Part shown: in pieces, positions 46,667 to 56,038 of the stretch | Position numbering within the stretch: the stretch's first letter is position 1 | Layout: every line of letters starts with the position of its first letter | Translations under genes and position numbers: made by a program | From: a virus | Lineage: Duplodnaviria; Caudoviricetes | Length of the DNA stretch: 62,355 nucleotides | Reading direction: 5' to 3' (one strand) | IMG/VR virus record: IMGVR_UViG_3300009499_000010 | Location: 1 to 62,355 of that record | Notes under the pieces: model-generated | The model's database searches: none | Seen by the model: the letters and a program-made list of their open reading frames with translations, nothing else | Told to the model about the DNA's origin: nothing

Positions 46667-46852
46667 ATGAAGTTTTGGGACAAGGCTAAGACGTGGTTCA
46701 GCAAAAAACTTGCTGTCACAGTTGCTGTTGGATTGATTGTGATTGTAGTATCCGGCAACGAAGTATTCACAATCTGCCTGACCGCACTTGGCGGTTGGTT
46801 TGTCTATTGTCAGCACAAAGTTGACATAGCAAAAGTCAACAAGGAGAAATAG
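46667..46852 (+). CDS. Small two-TM holin-like protein
   Basis: GAAAGGAG RBS; SKKLAV..., two hydrophobic segments, charged tail. Confidence 0.6.
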   Translation: MKFWDKAKTWFSKKLAVTVAVGLIVIVVSGNEVFTICLTALGGWFVYCQHKVDIAKVNKEK

Positions 46853-46893
46853 CTACAGCCTCTCCTCTTCTTCCATTTCCCGCCCAACGGGAT

Positions 46894-46925
46894 GGGGCAG
46901 GGTTTCAGCGCCGGAATCCTGCCCT
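46894..46925 (+). terminator. GC-rich hairpin at end of late operon
   Basis: GGGGCAGGGTTTC-AGCGCC-GGAATCCTGCCCT; U tract short. Confidence 0.5.
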
Positions 46926-46975
46926 TGGTCTATTCCCCAGCCCAAGGAGCGATGCATGGGCTTAGACACAGGATA

Positions 46976-47009
46976 CTGGCCAAATTTCCAGTGTTTCGCG
47001 CCTGATTAG
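46976..47009. repeat. Left arm of long-range 34-bp perfect inverted repeat
   Basis: CTGGCCAAATTTCCAGTGTTTCGCGCCTGATTAG; exact reverse complement at 60300-60333. Confidence 0.92.
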
Positions 47010-47141
47010 ATTCCCTTGGAATAGGTCGAAATCTCCCAGGAGAACAGGAAGGAGAGAGTCCAGAGGAAATCCAGAGGGTGGAAGCACTCTTATAAGATAG
47101 GATTAGAGGGCGTATTCTACTCGCCACTCGGAGAGAAGAGA

Positions 47142-48539
47142 GTGAAACTTACCATAGATAATTCGACCTGTCTGCTCCAGGCTTCAGTGAAATATGAAAT
47201 CGAAGTCTTGGCTGAGTTAGATGAAGAGTTTGCAATTGAAATTCCAAACCATTGGTTTTCTCCGAGATTCCGCAAAGGCGATTGGGATGGAAAGTATCAC
47301 GCTGTGCGAATAAGAGGCACAGCTGGAAGATTCGAGACAGGATTTCTCGGAGAGGTCTTGGACTTCCTGAAAGAGAGGAAAGTCAAACTCAGCATTGCCG
47401 AGAAGAGAGTCACCCCAGACACAGAGAAGATGCTAAGCAAAATCCAACCAAAGATGCTCAAGCCTGTAAGAAAGTTCAGGAAGCTGCGCAAATATCAACT
47501 CAAGGCGACAAGGCGGGTTGTTAAGAATCAAAGAGGCATCCTTGCTCTCGCAACCAACACAGGAAAGACGGCAATTGCTGCTGCTGCTTTGAAAGCCATC
47601 GACCTTCCGGCACTCCACTTAGCTCCCAACAAAGATGTACTCTTCCAAACTCAAAAAGACTTTCATGAATTTCTCGGAGAGCCAATTGGGAGTGCAGTTG
47701 AAGGAAAACTTGTGGAAGAGAAGATAGTTGTAGGACTTCCGCAGACAGCAACGAAGTTTAAGAAATATCTCAAGAAAGTTGGCGCAATAATCGTTGACGA
47801 GTGCCAGCACATGCGGGCAAACCTCTGGTACAATATCGTGAAGGCTTGTAAGAATGCGCCCTTCAGAATTGGCTTGTCAGGAACTCCTTATGGAGATGAC
47901 ATCGCAGAGAGAAAACTAACAGGAGCGACAGGCCCAATTATCTATACTATCTCCAACAAGTTCATGATTAAGAAGGGATACTCAGCTGAGCCAATTATTC
48001 TCTTCCTGAAAATAGAGCAGCCTGAGATTGAATATCTATCATATGAGAAGGCTTACAAGCAAGGCATAGTCCAGAGCATCGCACGCAACCAAAGGATAGT
48101 TGAGATGTGCGTTGCGGCAGAAGAGAAGCAAAAGTTGATTCTTGTCTTTGAGATGGAACATGGGAAGCGTTTGCTCAAGCTTCTCTCCAATCAAGATATT
48201 GCTGCGCAGTTCATTCATGGCTCTGAGACTATGGAGACAAGAACAAAAGCCAAGCAAAGATTCAAAGCTGGGAAGCTCAAGACGCTGATAGCCAGCACCA
48301 TATTCGATGAGGGTGTGGATATTCCAAACATCGAAATCCTAATCATCGCATCGGGCTGGAAAACTCCGATGCGCTTTCTCCAGCGAGTGGGAAGAGCGAT
48401 GCGACAGAAGGAAGGCAAGGCAAACATCGTCATTGTAGCTGACTTTCTTGACTTGTCAAATTTTTATTTGCTCACGCATAGTTATGAACGTTACCAAACC
48501 GCAAAAGCTGAGGGCTTTCGGATTGAAGTGGAGAAGTAA
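47142..48539 (+). CDS. Superfamily 2 DExH helicase (UvsW/XPB-like)
   Basis: ATNTGKT, DECQH, LSGTP, EGVDIP, QRVGRAMR. Confidence 0.9.
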   Translation: MKLTIDNSTCLLQASVKYEIEVLAELDEEFAIEIPNHWFSPRFRKGDWDGKYHAVRIRGTAGRFETGFLGEVLDFLKERKVKLSIAEKRVTPDTEKMLSKIQPKMLKPVRKFRKLRKYQLKATRRVVKNQRGILALATNTGKTAIAAAALKAIDLPALHLAPNKDVLFQTQKDFHEFLGEPIGSAVEGKLVEEKIVVGLPQTATKFKKYLKKVGAIIVDECQHMRANLWYNIVKACKNAPFRIGLSGTPYGDDIAERKLTGATGPIIYTISNKFMIKKGYSAEPIILFLKIEQPEIEYLSYEKAYKQGIVQSIARNQRIVEMCVAAEEKQKLILVFEMEHGKRLLKLLSNQDIAAQFIHGSETMETRTKAKQRFKAGKLKTLIASTIFDEGVDIPNIEILIIASGWKTPMRFLQRVGRAMRQKEGKANIVIVADFLDLSNFYLLTHSYERYQTAKAEGFRIEVEK

Positions 48540-48541
48540 TT

Positions 48542-48766
48542 ATGTCTGCGATAATTTGTATCTGTAGTAAGTGCGGTGAAAGATATGTGACTGGAAGCCC
48601 TGTTGAGAAGAAGACAGGCAGGCATCGAGAGATTGAACTTGTCTATTGCCCATTCTGCAATGAAGAGTTTCACCACGCTGTGAAACGAGTATTGAAATAT
48701 AGAGGGTATGACGAAGCTGTGAAGCTGTACAAGGGGAGAAGGAAGGCAGGAGCGCTTGTGATTTGA
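48542..48766 (+). CDS. Zinc-ribbon protein
   Basis: CSKCG...CPFC. Confidence 0.6.
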   Translation: MSAIICICSKCGERYVTGSPVEKKTGRHREIELVYCPFCNEEFHHAVKRVLKYRGYDEAVKLYKGRRKAGALVI

Positions 48767-48777
48767 AAGGAGAGGAA

Positions 48778-49242
48778 ATGGCAAAGAAGAAAGTAAAATG
48801 TGAAGATTGCAAACATTGGCCTTGCAAAGAAGCTGGAGCATTTAACAAGCCCTGTCGAATATGCAAGTATCATTCTAAGTTTGAAGAGTATGTCATGATG
48901 AGACGTGGTCAACCAAAGGAGAAATACTCGTTTGGTCTGCTTGAATTGTTGCGAAGACAGAACATGGCAACAGTTGAGATTCCAAAAGACGAAATGTTCA
49001 TGCTTGTTGTCAAGTTTGCCCAGCACAACAGAGCGCTTGTGGAGAAGATAGCAAAGGCGGTGCGCAAAGAAGAGCAAAGGCTTGAACATGTAACGATGTT
49101 AGAAAGAAAGCACAAGAAAGGATTTGCGTTCACCAGAATTCAATGTAGCTTCCCTTTCAGCTGTTGCAAATTCCCTTGTGATACTTTGTTCTGTGACGCA
49201 GACTCGTTGGCATCAGATGGCTCACCTTACAGAAGAAGTTGA
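48778..49242 (+). CDS. Cys-rich hypothetical protein
   Basis: GAAAGGAGAG RBS before ATG 48778. Confidence 0.6.
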   Translation: MAKKKVKCEDCKHWPCKEAGAFNKPCRICKYHSKFEEYVMMRRGQPKEKYSFGLLELLRRQNMATVEIPKDEMFMLVVKFAQHNRALVEKIAKAVRKEEQRLEHVTMLERKHKKGFAFTRIQCSFPFSCCKFPCDTLFCDADSLASDGSPYRRS

Positions 49243-49255
49243 TTGGAGGTATGCG

Positions 49256-49453
49256 ATGAAGATTGAGCTGATTGACTTTCGCTGTGGTTGTGAGGAGATT
49301 GGTGGCGAATTCACATTGGGAATCGAAATCACTCCAGATGGAAGTTTCAAAGTGCGTCAACTTATTTGCGCAGAATGTGGAAATGACTTTGAAGTTGACG
49401 ACATCGGAATAATAAAAGGAGTTGGAAGTAATAAGGAAGAAAGCGATGATTGA
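49256..49453 (+). CDS. Small zinc-ribbon protein
   Basis: GGAGG RBS; CGC...CAECG. Confidence 0.55.
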   Translation: MKIELIDFRCGCEEIGGEFTLGIEITPDGSFKVRQLICAECGNDFEVDDIGIIKGVGSNKEESDD

Positions 49454-49724
49454 GTTTTGGGATTATCTAACTGCCATCAACGGAATTTTGATGGGCATCT
49501 TTCCTCTTCTCCATGTTTTGCGGATGTTCAAGGGAAGAAGCTCAAAAGGGCAATCAGCTGCGGCTGTGTTGATTACTGGCGTGCTGTGCGGGATAATTTG
49601 GCTTGTGTATGGATTCCTGAACGGTTTGTGGGTTATAATCTTGACGAGTGCGACTGCTATTATTGTGCAATCATCTATCCTTATTATTATATTGAAATTC
49701 AGGAGAGGGAATGACGAGAATTGA
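49446..49724 (+). CDS. SemiSWEET / PQ-loop-like three-TM protein
   Basis: Three hydrophobic helices; K.RSSKG.S and WLVYG motifs; canonical PQ not intact. Confidence 0.7.
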   Translation: MIEFWDYLTAINGILMGIFPLLHVLRMFKGRSSKGQSAAAVLITGVLCGIIWLVYGFLNGLWVIILTSATAIIVQSSILIIILKFRRGNDEN

Positions 49725-50334
49725 TGATGTGCGCGTGCTTGGGTTAGCAGCTATATATCAACAAGTTATACTTGACGAATTCGGTCAATGGAAGGATGTT
49801 CTTGGCAGAAATCCAAACAGGGTAAGACAGGCAAAATACTACAAGACCTTTCAAAGACTCTTCCACATTCTCCGAAAGAATAAAATCAGGCCAGAGATAT
49901 ATTTCAGAGCATTGTCCAAATGGATTAAAAGGTCAAAGAGATTCCCGTCACTTTGGCCGAGTCTGTTGACTGGAGCAACGATGCTTGAGATTGCAAAATC
50001 ATATCTGCGCAAGCAGCATCTTGCTCACAACAGGGATAGGAAGGCCGCAGGAAAAGCAATGCGGCGCTCCAGACTCTCGGAGATTCTATCTGCGGTCAGA
50101 CAATCCTGCAAAGTTGCCGAGAAGGTTCACAAGGCATATGGCTTGACAGCAACGCAGATATTAAACTCGTTAAGTCTCTCGCCATACTTTCTTATGACAG
50201 AAGAGGAGTATTTGAAACAACTGAGAAATCCAACTGAAGAAGAGAAACAAGCTGCCAAGGAATTATCAAAGAGAGACGATTTGCTGGTTGGGATAATTAA
50301 AGCCAAGAAGCAATTTGATTATGGGCAGATTTGA
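49711..50334 (+). CDS. Basic hypothetical protein in replication module
   Basis: AGGAG RBS; no recognised motif. Confidence 0.6.
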   Translation: MTRIDDVRVLGLAAIYQQVILDEFGQWKDVLGRNPNRVRQAKYYKTFQRLFHILRKNKIRPEIYFRALSKWIKRSKRFPSLWPSLLTGATMLEIAKSYLRKQHLAHNRDRKAAGKAMRRSRLSEILSAVRQSCKVAEKVHKAYGLTATQILNSLSLSPYFLMTEEEYLKQLRNPTEEEKQAAKELSKRDDLLVGIIKAKKQFDYGQI

Positions 50335-50350
50335 GATTTGATTTGACCAG

Positions 50351-51412
50351 ATGCCCCACGCTTGCCAGCGAGTCAGGCTCCAGCAAGCTATCAAACTGAA
50401 GAAGGAAGGACAGGAAGAATTGAGTCCAGGCAAACGGATAGTTAGAAAGGCACGAAAGAGATTCAGCGCCGAAAAATTGAGAGGATTGCAAGCCTTGCCG
50501 CTGAGATTGAAAATTGGCATAACACTTGAACGCATCGCTGAATTCTATGAGTACTATAAGGGAGCTGTGTATGTTGCCCTCTCTGGTGGTAAGGACAGTA
50601 CTGTTCTGCTTGTACTTGTGCGGCTTTTGTATCCAGAAGTTGTTGCAGTCTTTCAGGATACTGGGTTGGAATTTCCAGAGATTAGGGCATTTGTTAAAAC
50701 ATTCGATAATGTTGTCTGGCGAAAACCTGAGCAGTCCTTTCTGCATGTGCTCGCCATTTTTGGCTATCCGGTGATTAGCAAGAATGTTGCGAGAGCTATG
50801 GAAGTGCTCCAGAATCCTCATCCCGGCAATGCAGCCACAAGGCATCTCTGGCTGACTGGCTACAATCGTGCAGGGCAATTCAGTTCTTTCTACAAGCTTG
50901 CAAATAAATGGAGATTTTTGGTTGATGCTCCGTTCAAAATTTCTGGCAAATGCTGTGAGATTATGAAAAAGAAACCCGCTGAAAAGTTTGCAAAAGAATC
51001 TGGACTTCATCCTTTCATTGGCACAATGGCGGCTGACTCTCGATGGCGGAAGAGGCTTTACTTGGAGACTGGTTGTAATGCTTTCGATGTTGCTCGGCCT
51101 TATTCAACGCCTTTGGGATTTTGGACTGAGCAGGACATCTTGAGATTCTTGTTTGAATTTGAGATTCCATTTGCTCCAGTGTATGGAAGGATTGTGGAAA
51201 ATTCAGATGGTCAGTTACAAACAACAGGAGAGAGAAGGACAGGTTGCATGTTCTGTATGTTTGGAGTTCATCTGGAGAAGGGAGAGAACAGATTTCAACG
51301 AATGGCCCACACGCACCCCAAGTTGTATAAGTATTGTATCAATAAGTTGGGCTGTGGTAGAGTTTTGGATTTTATAGACGTCAGCTACAGAACGCCAAAA
51401 ACAGCTTTGTGA
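50351..51412 (+). CDS. PAPS-reductase family (PP-loop) protein
   Basis: SGGKDS, DTGLEFPE, CC..MKK.P, RTGCMFC. Confidence 0.88.
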   Translation: MPHACQRVRLQQAIKLKKEGQEELSPGKRIVRKARKRFSAEKLRGLQALPLRLKIGITLERIAEFYEYYKGAVYVALSGGKDSTVLLVLVRLLYPEVVAVFQDTGLEFPEIRAFVKTFDNVVWRKPEQSFLHVLAIFGYPVISKNVARAMEVLQNPHPGNAATRHLWLTGYNRAGQFSSFYKLANKWRFLVDAPFKISGKCCEIMKKKPAEKFAKESGLHPFIGTMAADSRWRKRLYLETGCNAFDVARPYSTPLGFWTEQDILRFLFEFEIPFAPVYGRIVENSDGQLQTTGERRTGCMFCMFGVHLEKGENRFQRMAHTHPKLYKYCINKLGCGRVLDFIDVSYRTPKTAL

Positions 51413-51421
51413 GGGACTCTG

Positions 51422-52756
51422 ATGGAGAAATTTCCCTTTGCGCAAGACTTCCAGTTGAAAGCTCTTGTAGTTCTTGCTTCAGATAGAAGTCTGCTTGCAA
51501 CAAAAGGTCATCTGCTCAAGCCGGAGATGTTTGAAAACTTATACCAAGGAAAATTATTTGGATTCATCATGACTTATTTCAGGAAGTACAAGGACTTGCC
51601 ATCCAAGGATATTTTGGTAGAGTTAGCAAAAGCTGTCGCACGCAACGATAGAGAATTAAGAATTTTGAAAATGACAATTGACGCTGTCTACACAGCGCAA
51701 ATCTCAGACGGACAAAAGAAGTTTGTCAAGGATTCTATTATTGAGTTCATCACGCATCAAATGTACAAGATGAAGATTGCCGAATCAGTTGACTTATTGA
51801 AGAAGAAGAAATACAGCGCAATCAATGATGCTATCAGACAGGCAGCCCAGGCAGCAGTTGCCGAAGAAAGCCTTGGGACAAATTATTTCAAAGATGTTGA
51901 CAAAAGAATGTTCGACCTTGTGCATGAAGGCGACATCAGAGTCCCCACTATGATTCATAAGTTAGACGGCATCCTGCGCGGTGGTTTGGGGCCAGGGGAA
52001 CTTGGGATTATACTTGGCGCCAGCGGCATCGGCAAGTCAATAGTCCTAACAAATATTGAATTTGCGGCTATGGTCAATGGCAAGATAGTTTTTGATTACA
52101 GCTTTGAGATGTCTGAGCGAGAGAAAGGAAGGCGGATGGACTCTCGCATTACAGGCATCCCAGCAGAGGAGATTCCAGAAGAAGCAGATACACTTGATAG
52201 AAGGCTGGGTTGGATTAAGAAATTGAGGGGGCAATATTTTGTCAAACAATTTCCAACAGACGGCGCAACGGTACATGACATAAGAGCGCATATTGACCTG
52301 ATGGAACAAGTTTATGAAATCAAGCCGGATGTGATTGGCGTGGACTATGGCATGATAATCAAACCCACAAAGAGTTTTGAGCAGAGGCGATTTGAGATTA
52401 TGGCTGTCCACAAAGAATTGCGTGGCCTTGCAGTGGAGCTTCAAATTCCTGTCTGGAGTCCTGCGCAAACAAGTAAGAAGGCATTGGACAAAGAAGTAGT
52501 AACAAAGGGAGATATAGGAGAGTGTTGGGGCATAATAGAAATAGCTGATGTGGTGATTGCTCTTTGCCAGACTCGTGATGAGGAGAAAGAGGACAAGATG
52601 CGAATCTTCATAGCAAAGAATCGCATCCATGAATCATCTGGGATTATACCAACTGAGCTACAGAAGAGCAGAATGTTATTGCGTGACCTTTCCAATGTTG
52701 GAGAGGAAGATGATGACGATGACGAGGAAGAAGAGGAAGAAGAGGATGAGGAGTAA
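51422..52756 (+). CDS. DnaB-like replicative helicase with acidic tail
   Basis: GASGIGKS, SFEMS, VDY, Q, AD, AKNR motifs. Confidence 0.9.
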   Translation: MEKFPFAQDFQLKALVVLASDRSLLATKGHLLKPEMFENLYQGKLFGFIMTYFRKYKDLPSKDILVELAKAVARNDRELRILKMTIDAVYTAQISDGQKKFVKDSIIEFITHQMYKMKIAESVDLLKKKKYSAINDAIRQAAQAAVAEESLGTNYFKDVDKRMFDLVHEGDIRVPTMIHKLDGILRGGLGPGELGIILGASGIGKSIVLTNIEFAAMVNGKIVFDYSFEMSEREKGRRMDSRITGIPAEEIPEEADTLDRRLGWIKKLRGQYFVKQFPTDGATVHDIRAHIDLMEQVYEIKPDVIGVDYGMIIKPTKSFEQRRFEIMAVHKELRGLAVELQIPVWSPAQTSKKALDKEVVTKGDIGECWGIIEIADVVIALCQTRDEEKEDKMRIFIAKNRIHESSGIIPTELQKSRMLLRDLSNVGEEDDDDDEEEEEEEDEE

Positions 52757-53678
52757 GCCAACACCGCTGTCGCATGACAACCAAAAAAAATTGAGAGAGT
52801 ACATCGAAGACAATTTTGACGTCAAAGGAATCTCCGGCGATGAAGTAACTGTCAGTTGTACGCAATGCGAAGATGGTGACCCAAAGGGTCACCTGAATAT
52901 CAACACAAGATACGGATTTGGCCATTGCTTGAAATGTGACTTTTCTCCTTCCTTCCGAAAGAGGCTCAATGTTCAGGATAAGGTAGTGTCTGTGTCTGAG
53001 TTTGATAAAGCAATTGCGAGCTTGGAAGAGCAGAGCGCAAAGAGTATTGAGAGATTGCGTTGGCCAGAGAGCTTCGAACAGTTGCCGTCCAGCTCAGTAT
53101 TCGGCAAGCTTGCGATGCGCTATCTGTTAAAGAGAAAATTCAATCCAGAAGAGGTAGCAAAGAAATACAATCTTGGAGTTTGTACAAGTGGGCGCTACAT
53201 GGGCAGATTGATTCTCCCTGTGTTTGAGGAAGGCGTGCTTGTCTATTATCAGGCAAGAAGTCTTATGCGCCAAAAACCAAAGTTCCTCAATCCACCAGAG
53301 GAAGAAGAGAAGAGAGGAAAGGCTGAATTCATCTTCAACTTGGACACTGCTGCGGAAGAGGAGATAGTATTTTTGGTGGAAGGATTTTTCGATGCAATGA
53401 GAATAGGTGACGCAGCCGCTGCTCTCTTTGGTAAGACTATCTCGCAATCACAATTGGAGAAACTTATCTTGGCTGGCGTGAAGAAGGTTGCAGTGTTCTT
53501 GGACTCCGATGCGAAGAAAGAAAGCCGGAAGTTGGCCAAGGTCTTGCTCCCTCATTTTGAAACTTTCATTTGTCAACCGCCAGATGGATTCGACCCAGAT
53601 GAATATATCTCAACTCCAAGTAAGAAGAGGGTCAAAATACTCCGAGCAAATCTGAAGAGAATCCTGAACGTTGGTTAG
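52746..53678 (+). CDS. DNA primase (zinc finger + TOPRIM)
   Basis: CTQC...H...CLKC; VEGFFDA; LDSDA; DPDE; ATG 52746 preferred. Confidence 0.88.
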   Translation: MRSKPTPLSHDNQKKLREYIEDNFDVKGISGDEVTVSCTQCEDGDPKGHLNINTRYGFGHCLKCDFSPSFRKRLNVQDKVVSVSEFDKAIASLEEQSAKSIERLRWPESFEQLPSSSVFGKLAMRYLLKRKFNPEEVAKKYNLGVCTSGRYMGRLILPVFEEGVLVYYQARSLMRQKPKFLNPPEEEEKRGKAEFIFNLDTAAEEEIVFLVEGFFDAMRIGDAAAALFGKTISQSQLEKLILAGVKKVAVFLDSDAKKESRKLAKVLLPHFETFICQPPDGFDPDEYISTPSKKRVKILRANLKRILNVG

Positions 53679-54461
53679 TTAAGTTGTCGAATTGTTAAGC
53701 AAGCAAACAAAAATTTCCCACAAAACGCACAATTCTGGTGTTTTGGTAGGCACGCTATTTGCACTGACAAGTCGCACAAGCCTCAACTACTGTGGCTGCT
53801 CGCCAAACGACAGCTGAATATATCTGTCAACTATTCTCAAATAGCCAACTGTTTGGCTGCACTGCAAGGCAACAGCTGTCTGAAGACGCTGAATTAACTC
53901 TGGTGTACAAGATTCCAACTATTGCGTTAGTTATTCAAATCCAAAGCAAACGAGCGGCATCTGCTTAAACTCAGTGGCTATATGAGCAGCTTTGTGAGAG
54001 CAATATGTCTACCTAACACACGCTGTGTGTCGTTCTGAAAACGTCTGGCTGCAGTCACTGAATTTTCTGATACCTTGTAGACTCCAGGAATAACTTGGGG
54101 TGTATACAATGGTCTGGCTGTAGCCCAGCGGCTATAAGGGCACCCATTAGAGTGGCAAAAATGACGAATGAGTGGCATGCCACTCGCATGTATGGGGCAA
54201 ATTGTCAAATTCTGTGTGTAAGAAGCTGTCATAAGTTGTGCACAAGCTATGACTGTTACGTCAACTGTTTGCCTACAGACCCTGATTTTACTGAACAGTT
54301 GATATTTAAGATGATTGTGGTGAGTTGACGAAAAAATCGCCTTTTTTGGGGGTGATTCGGCAACCTTTTATGAGGGCAAAATCACATAAGTTGTTATTGC
54401 CGCACTAACTTAGCGTATGAAAAAAAATTATGTCTTTTTTGCTGGAAAGGTGATTTTGTTG

Positions 54462-54490
54462 TAGACCGTATCCTTATTATGTCGTATAAT
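54462..54490 (+). promoter_or_regulatory. Sigma70-type promoter for early operon
   Basis: TAGACC-17 bp-TATAAT with upstream A/T tracts. Confidence 0.7.
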
Positions 54491-54537
54491 GACTTCAGGC
54501 GAGCGATAGGGCACGCCGAAAGAAAGGAGAGACGGCG

Positions 54538-54708
54538 ATGAAGAAGAGGGCAAAGGAAAAGGAATTGGGGAGGGTGCGAGCAGCCAACAAGCCAAGCTGC
54601 TTCAGGCAGACGAAATTTGCGAAGTCAATCGAAGTCTGCGCAAATTGCCTGCAGCGAGATGATTGCGGAAAGAGAAAGGAGAGAGGGCTGAGTTGGAGTT
54701 GTCGGTAA
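54538..54708 (+). CDS. 56-aa basic Cys-containing protein (not in ORF track)
   Basis: GAAAGGAGAG RBS; MKKRAK...PSCF...CANC....DC. Confidence 0.55.
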   Translation: MKKRAKEKELGRVRAANKPSCFRQTKFAKSIEVCANCLQRDDCGKRKERGLSWSCR

Positions 54709-54818
54709 CCAAGCACGAGCAACAGCAGAAGGGAGAGACGAATGGCGAAGAGGGCAACACAATTAAATAAGGTTCGGAAGGTCGTGGCTGACCTTCCCCA
54801 GAAGAAAGGAGAGGGCAG

Positions 54819-56021
54819 ATGAGGCCAGGGCAAAAGCGTGACCCAGAACCAGGAACCATGAATGCGGTCAAGAACTTCCTGGTGAAAGCTCTGGAGGGTA
54901 ATGAATCATGGACAGCCGATGCGGTCAAAAAGAAGTACAAGCTAACAGCCAAAGAGGTCAAGGCACTGGCTGTTAGGATTGTCTGTGACCAAAAAGGCAT
55001 CATCACAGAGTACATTGCGAAGGTTGTGCCAAAGGGCAGAAGAAGCAGAAGAGGAAGGAAGTCAACAACCTTCTTCAATGGCTTCCAAGTCCAAGACTCC
55101 TCTGGCAAAGGAAAGGATGCCGGAGAGGTTCTTGAAGAGGCACGAGTTGACGTGCCTGAATTTCTGGAAGGCTACATTCCAGAAGAAGTCAGCCTTGAGG
55201 CATATATCCCAAGGAAGATTGGCGAGAAGTATGACCTTGAGATTCTCGCTCAGGCTTTCCGAGAGCGCATGAACGTCTTGCTTGTTGGCGAATCAGGAAC
55301 TGGCAAGAACGCAGTGGTCAAAGCATTCTGCGCAGCGCTTGGTTTGCCGCATAAGCGTATCAACTTGAATGGCGGCAGCACAGTCGAAGACATGATTGGC
55401 AGCCGTGAGCTTGAAGATGGTGAGACAACTTTCCGTGACGGAGTCATAACACAGTTCTGCCGCCATGGTGGTGTTGTCGTGCTTGATGAAGTCAACGCGG
55501 CTGACCCGGAGCAGTTGTTTGTGCTCCATGGTCTGACTGATGATTCACGAGCGCTAACCCTGACGCAGAAAGGAGAAGGTGGCGAAGTATTGAAGGCATC
55601 TGATAACTTCATGGTTGTCGGCACCATGAATCCTCTGACCTATGAAGGCACGCGGCGCTTGAACGCTGCTTTTCTTGATAGGTTTGCCATCGTCATGTTC
55701 TATGACTGGGACAGGGATATTGAAGCGCAACTCATTGGCGATAAGAAATTGCTTGAGTTTGCCGAGAAGGTGCGCGAGTTGTACCGCACCAGGGAAATAA
55801 CCACCCCAGTCACTACAAGGACTCTTCTTCACTTCCTCAAAACAGAGAAGTTGTTTGGCCGCAAGACGTCTGTGGAATTGATGCAAAGCAGATTCCCAGC
55901 TGAGGAAGCAGCGGCAGTCAAAAACTTCCTGACCTTGCTTTATGATGAACCAACGATGGTCAAGGCCGCGCAGGGAAGTAAAGTTGATGTTGATGTTGAT
56001 GAAGAAGATGATGATTGGTAA
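54819..56021 (+). CDS. MoxR/CbbQ-NirQ-type AAA+ ATPase
   Basis: GESGTGKN, VVLDEVN, GTMNP, LNAAFLDRF. Confidence 0.9.
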   Translation: MRPGQKRDPEPGTMNAVKNFLVKALEGNESWTADAVKKKYKLTAKEVKALAVRIVCDQKGIITEYIAKVVPKGRRSRRGRKSTTFFNGFQVQDSSGKGKDAGEVLEEARVDVPEFLEGYIPEEVSLEAYIPRKIGEKYDLEILAQAFRERMNVLLVGESGTGKNAVVKAFCAALGLPHKRINLNGGSTVEDMIGSRELEDGETTFRDGVITQFCRHGGVVVLDEVNAADPEQLFVLHGLTDDSRALTLTQKGEGGEVLKASDNFMVVGTMNPLTYEGTRRLNAAFLDRFAIVMFYDWDRDIEAQLIGDKKLLEFAEKVRELYRTREITTPVTTRTLLHFLKTEKLFGRKTSVELMQSRFPAEEAAAVKNFLTLLYDEPTMVKAAQGSKVDVDVDEEDDDW

Positions 56022-56038
56022 GGAAGGAAGGTGCTGGA

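Noticed and set aside
46930-47127. Similar short ORFs at 46930(-) and 60203(+) sharing NQARNTGNLA
   Set aside because: Explained by the DNA inverted repeat; peptide similarity does not extend much beyond it
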